Origin: Enhygromyxa sp.
GTDB taxonomy: Bacteria > Myxococcota_A > Polyangia > Nannocystales > Nannocystaceae
DNA: 31,321 nucleotides
Assembly (NCBI GenBank): GCA_046484755.1
Contig: JAWOII010000104.1
Span: forward strand, 64,001 to 95,321
Direction of reading: 5' to 3'
A program made the position numbers and the translations under genes. How positions within the stretch are numbered: the stretch's first letter is position 1; the number at the start of each line of letters is the position of its first letter. The notes beneath the pieces are model-generated. The model saw only the letters and a program-made list of their open reading frames with translations, made no database searches and was not told the origin of the DNA. Positions 28,853 through 31,321 of the stretch are shown piece after piece.

Positions 28853-28868
28853 GCGTCGCAATGTTAGA

Positions 28869-29885
28869 ATGCCAGCCCGCTTTGCGCACCGCCGCGCGTT
28901 CGAAGCTGTGACACGGCTCGTCATCACCCAAGGAGACCCGGCCGGCATCGGCCCCGAGCTGCTCTTGCGCATCGCCAACGAGGGGGTGCTCGACGCGGAC
29001 GACGTGGTCGTCGCGGACCGCGGGGTCCTGCGGGAGCTGGCCGCCAAGCTCGCGGCCCCGTGGGCGAGGGCAGGGCTCGAGCGGATCCTCGATAGGGAGG
29101 GGGCGCTCGATCCGGGCTTTGGATCGGGCGGGCAGTTCGCGGCCCTCGAGCGGGGCGTCGATCTCGTGCTCGCCGAGCCCGATCCCGCGCGCCGCCCCGC
29201 GCTGGTCACCGCCCCGATCGACAAGGCCGTGGCCAGCCGCGAGGGCCTGCGCCACCCCGGCCACACCGAGTACCTAGCCGAGCGCGCGGGGGTCGAGGAC
29301 TTCGCCATGCTGATGGCCGGGCCGACGATCCGGGTGGTGCTCGCGACCATCCACGTCCCCCTGCGCGAGGTCCCGCGGCGCCTCGACGAGGCCGCGATCC
29401 TCCGGGCCGGCTCGCTGCTCGCCGAGGCGCTGGTCCGCGACTTCGGGATCCCGGCCCCGCGAATCGGCGTGCTCGGCCTCAACCCCCACGCCGGCGAGGG
29501 CGGGCTGCTCGGCGACGAAGAGCTGCGGGTGATCGCCCCGGCGATCGAGCGGCTGCGCGCGTGGTCGGCCGCGCGGCAGCTCGCCGCCGAGTTTCGCGGC
29601 CCGCTGCCGGCCGACACCGCCTTTCACCACCACCGCGTCGGCGAGCTCGACGGCGTGGTCGCGATGTACCACGACCAGGGCCTCGGCCCCTTCAAGCTCG
29701 CCCACTTCTACGACGGCGTGAACGTGACCCTCGGGCTGCCCTTCGTGCGGACCTCGCCCGATCACGGCACCGCCAAGGACATCGCCGGCCGCGGCCTCGC
29801 CGATCCGGCCAGCCTGCTCGCGGCGATCCGGCTCGCGCGATCGATGGCCGCGCGTCGGGCAGGAGCTCCAGATGACAGCGGCTGA
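28869..29885 (+). CDS. pdxA: 4-hydroxythreonine-4-phosphate dehydrogenase PdxA
   Basis: ITQGDPAGIGPE motif and PdxA-like length. The start is either ATG 28869 (MPARFAHRR) or the in-frame ATG 28851. The latter overlaps the divergent gene's ATG in a CATG tetramer. Confidence 0.85.
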   Translation: MPARFAHRRAFEAVTRLVITQGDPAGIGPELLLRIANEGVLDADDVVVADRGVLRELAAKLAAPWARAGLERILDREGALDPGFGSGGQFAALERGVDLVLAEPDPARRPALVTAPIDKAVASREGLRHPGHTEYLAERAGVEDFAMLMAGPTIRVVLATIHVPLREVPRRLDEAAILRAGSLLAEALVRDFGIPAPRIGVLGLNPHAGEGGLLGDEELRVIAPAIERLRAWSAARQLAAEFRGPLPADTAFHHHRVGELDGVVAMYHDQGLGPFKLAHFYDGVNVTLGLPFVRTSPDHGTAKDIAGRGLADPASLLAAIRLARSMAARRAGAPDDSG

Positions 29886-31321
29886 GGAAAGGATCCCCCC
29901 CGGGGGTCAGCACGAGCGGCCGCGGTCGACGGGCCCCGAGCGAGGGAAGCGAGCTGCGCAAACCCAGACGGTCGCGGCGGGCAGGAAGATCCGGATCCGC
30001 GGAGCCCGGACCCACAACCTCCGCGACCTCGATCTCGACCTCCCCCGCGACAAGCTGATCGTGGTCACCGGCCCCTCGGGCTCGGGCAAGAGCAGCCTCG
30101 CCTTCGACACGATCTTCGCCGAGGGCCAGCGCCGCTACGTCGAGAGCCTCAGCGCCTCGGCCCGGCAGTTCCTCGCCCAGCTGCCCAAGCCCGACGCCGA
30201 CCTGATCGAGGGCCTGAGCCCGACCATCGCGCTCTCGCAGGAGAACCGGGCCCGAAACCCGCGCTCGACCGTCGGCACCACCACCGAGGTCTATGACTAC
30301 CTGCGGCTGTTGTTCGCCCGGATCGGCGAGGTCTACAGCTGGCGCAGCGGCCAGCCGATGCGGCGCCACACCGTCGAGGAGATGGTCGACGCGATCGAGG
30401 CCCTGCCGCCGCGCAGCAAGTTCTCGGTCATCGCCCCGGTGGTCCGCGGCGCGCCCGGGGATCACCGCGAGCTGCTCGAGGATCTGCGCCGGCAGGGCTT
30501 CGTGCGGGTCGCGATCGACGATCAGCTGCGCGACCTCGACGAGGACATCAGCCTCGACCCCGACGCGCGCCACAGCGTCGAGGTCTACGTCGATCGCCTG
30601 GTGCTCAAGCCCGGGATCCGCTCGCGCCTCGCCCAGTCGATCGAGCTGGCCCTGCAGGTCGCCGAGGGCCGCGTCACGATCCTCCCGCTCGAGGGTGAGC
30701 CGCTCGAGTTCGCCGAGCGCTACACCGACTTCGAGCACGGCCTGAGCTACCCGGAGATCACCCCGGGCCTGTTCTCCTTCAACAGCCCCGAGGGCGCCTG
30801 CCCGACTTGCGGCGGCCTCGGCCACCGGCGGGTGATCGACCCCCGGCGGCTGATCCCCGATCCACGCAAGAGCATCAAGGAGGGCGCGCTCGCGGGGCTC
30901 GGCCGGGCCGCGTCCAGCCTCGAGCGCCAGCTCGCCGCGCTCGCGGCCCACCTCGACATCGATCTCTACGCCCCCTGGGAGGAGCTCGACGAACTCGACC
31001 GCCTGACGATCCTCCACGGCAGCGGCGACCGGCTGATCCCGCCGCTCGACGAGGACCAGCCGGCCAGGCCCAAGCCCGGGACCAAGGCCAACAAGCAGGC
31101 CAAGAAAAAGTCCAAGAAACAGACCAAGAAAAAGCTCGAGCAGCAGCCCAGGCGAGCCGAGGCCGAGCGAGGCGAGCCCTTCCCCGGCGTGATCCCCCTG
31201 CTCGAGCAGCGCCTGCTCGAGAGCGTCTCCGGGTCTCCCCGCCAGCACCGACCGTCCGCTTCGCGTCCTTCGGTACACCCATCCCATCCCGGGGAGACGG
31301 GGAGCCGGGTCGACGCCGATC
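29872..31321 (+). CDS. uvrA: Excinuclease ABC subunit A (UvrA), 5'-partial, running off the window end. It carries a Lys-rich insertion and a ~66-bp palindromic element in the region equivalent to E. coli residues ~360-390.
   Basis: Not in the ORF track because it has no stop. I read the frame from ATG 29872, which overlaps the pdxA stop. Matches UvrA: [62 protein letters not shown] … [18 protein letters not shown]. Confidence 0.85.
   Translation, partial: MTAAEERIPPGGQHERPRSTGPERGKRAAQTQTVAAGRKIRIRGARTHNLRDLDLDLPRDKLIVVTGPSGSGKSSLAFDTIFAEGQRRYVESLSASARQFLAQLPKPDADLIEGLSPTIALSQENRARNPRSTVGTTTEVYDYLRLLFARIGEVYSWRSGQPMRRHTVEEMVDAIEALPPRSKFSVIAPVVRGAPGDHRELLEDLRRQGFVRVAIDDQLRDLDEDISLDPDARHSVEVYVDRLVLKPGIRSRLAQSIELALQVAEGRVTILPLEGEPLEFAERYTDFEHGLSYPEITPGLFSFNSPEGACPTCGGLGHRRVIDPRRLIPDPRKSIKEGALAGLGRAASSLERQLAALAAHLDIDLYAPWEELDELDRLTILHGSGDRLIPPLDEDQPARPKPGTKANKQAKKKSKKQTKKKLEQQPRRAEAERGEPFPGVIPLLEQRLLESVSGSPRQHRPSASRPSVHPSHPGETGSRVDAD
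31233..31298. repeat. Second copy of the ~66-bp palindromic element (TIR GTCTCCCCG/CGGGGAGAC), in-frame inside uvrA.
   Basis: About 92% identical to 5913-5979. GC3 drops relative to flanking uvrA codons. Confidence 0.7.

Noticed and set aside
31233-31321. The uvrA interruption interpreted as an intein or an IS/group-II-intron end.
   Set aside because: It has no intein N-terminal Cys/Ser-His motifs. The similarity to the second copy ends after ~66 bp with matching inverted termini, which fits a short palindromic element better than the end of a large mobile element.

Overview
This is a high-GC (~70%) chromosomal segment that looks like Myxococcota. The evidence is a MYXO-CTERM sorting tail, Myxococcus-type Cys-rich CxDG modules, and many lipoproteins with acidic Gly-Asp linkers. 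About 30 genes can be supported.

Minus-strand genes include carB, greA (start-coupled to a Cys-rich GD-repeat lipoprotein), a run of envelope lipoprotein and membrane-protein genes, a MYXO-CTERM protein, a FadR-type GntR regulator coupled to a fatty-acid-hydroxylase gene, a DUF3108-like protein, a Ser/Thr kinase and a gamma-carbonic-anhydrase gene. Plus-strand genes include a PiT-like phosphate transporter (the porin O/P-like gene lies on the minus strand), a histone-deacetylase (HDAC)-family gene with an extra C-terminal domain, pdxA and a 5'-partial uvrA.

No canonical defence system, CRISPR array, tRNA or rRNA was found. The observations most worth following up are:
- a ~66-bp REP/RPE-like palindromic element inserted in-frame in two unrelated ORFs, one of them uvrA, with compensatory terminal-inverted-repeat changes and low GC3;
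- a 17-bp x3 tandem repeat that frameshifts a minimal-nucleotidyltransferase (MNT) antitoxin-like gene (one unit fewer restores the frame);
- a 165-bp imperfect palindrome with perfect 21-bp ends;
- an archaeal-type DUF99 gene beside a Spo0M-like gene;
- a perfect FadR operator palindrome;
- a uvrA with a Lys-rich low-GC insertion and no first zinc-finger Cys pair.

Many long ORFs in the six-frame track are GC-rich out-of-frame artefacts and were not called. All family assignments are from reading the translations, not from database searches.
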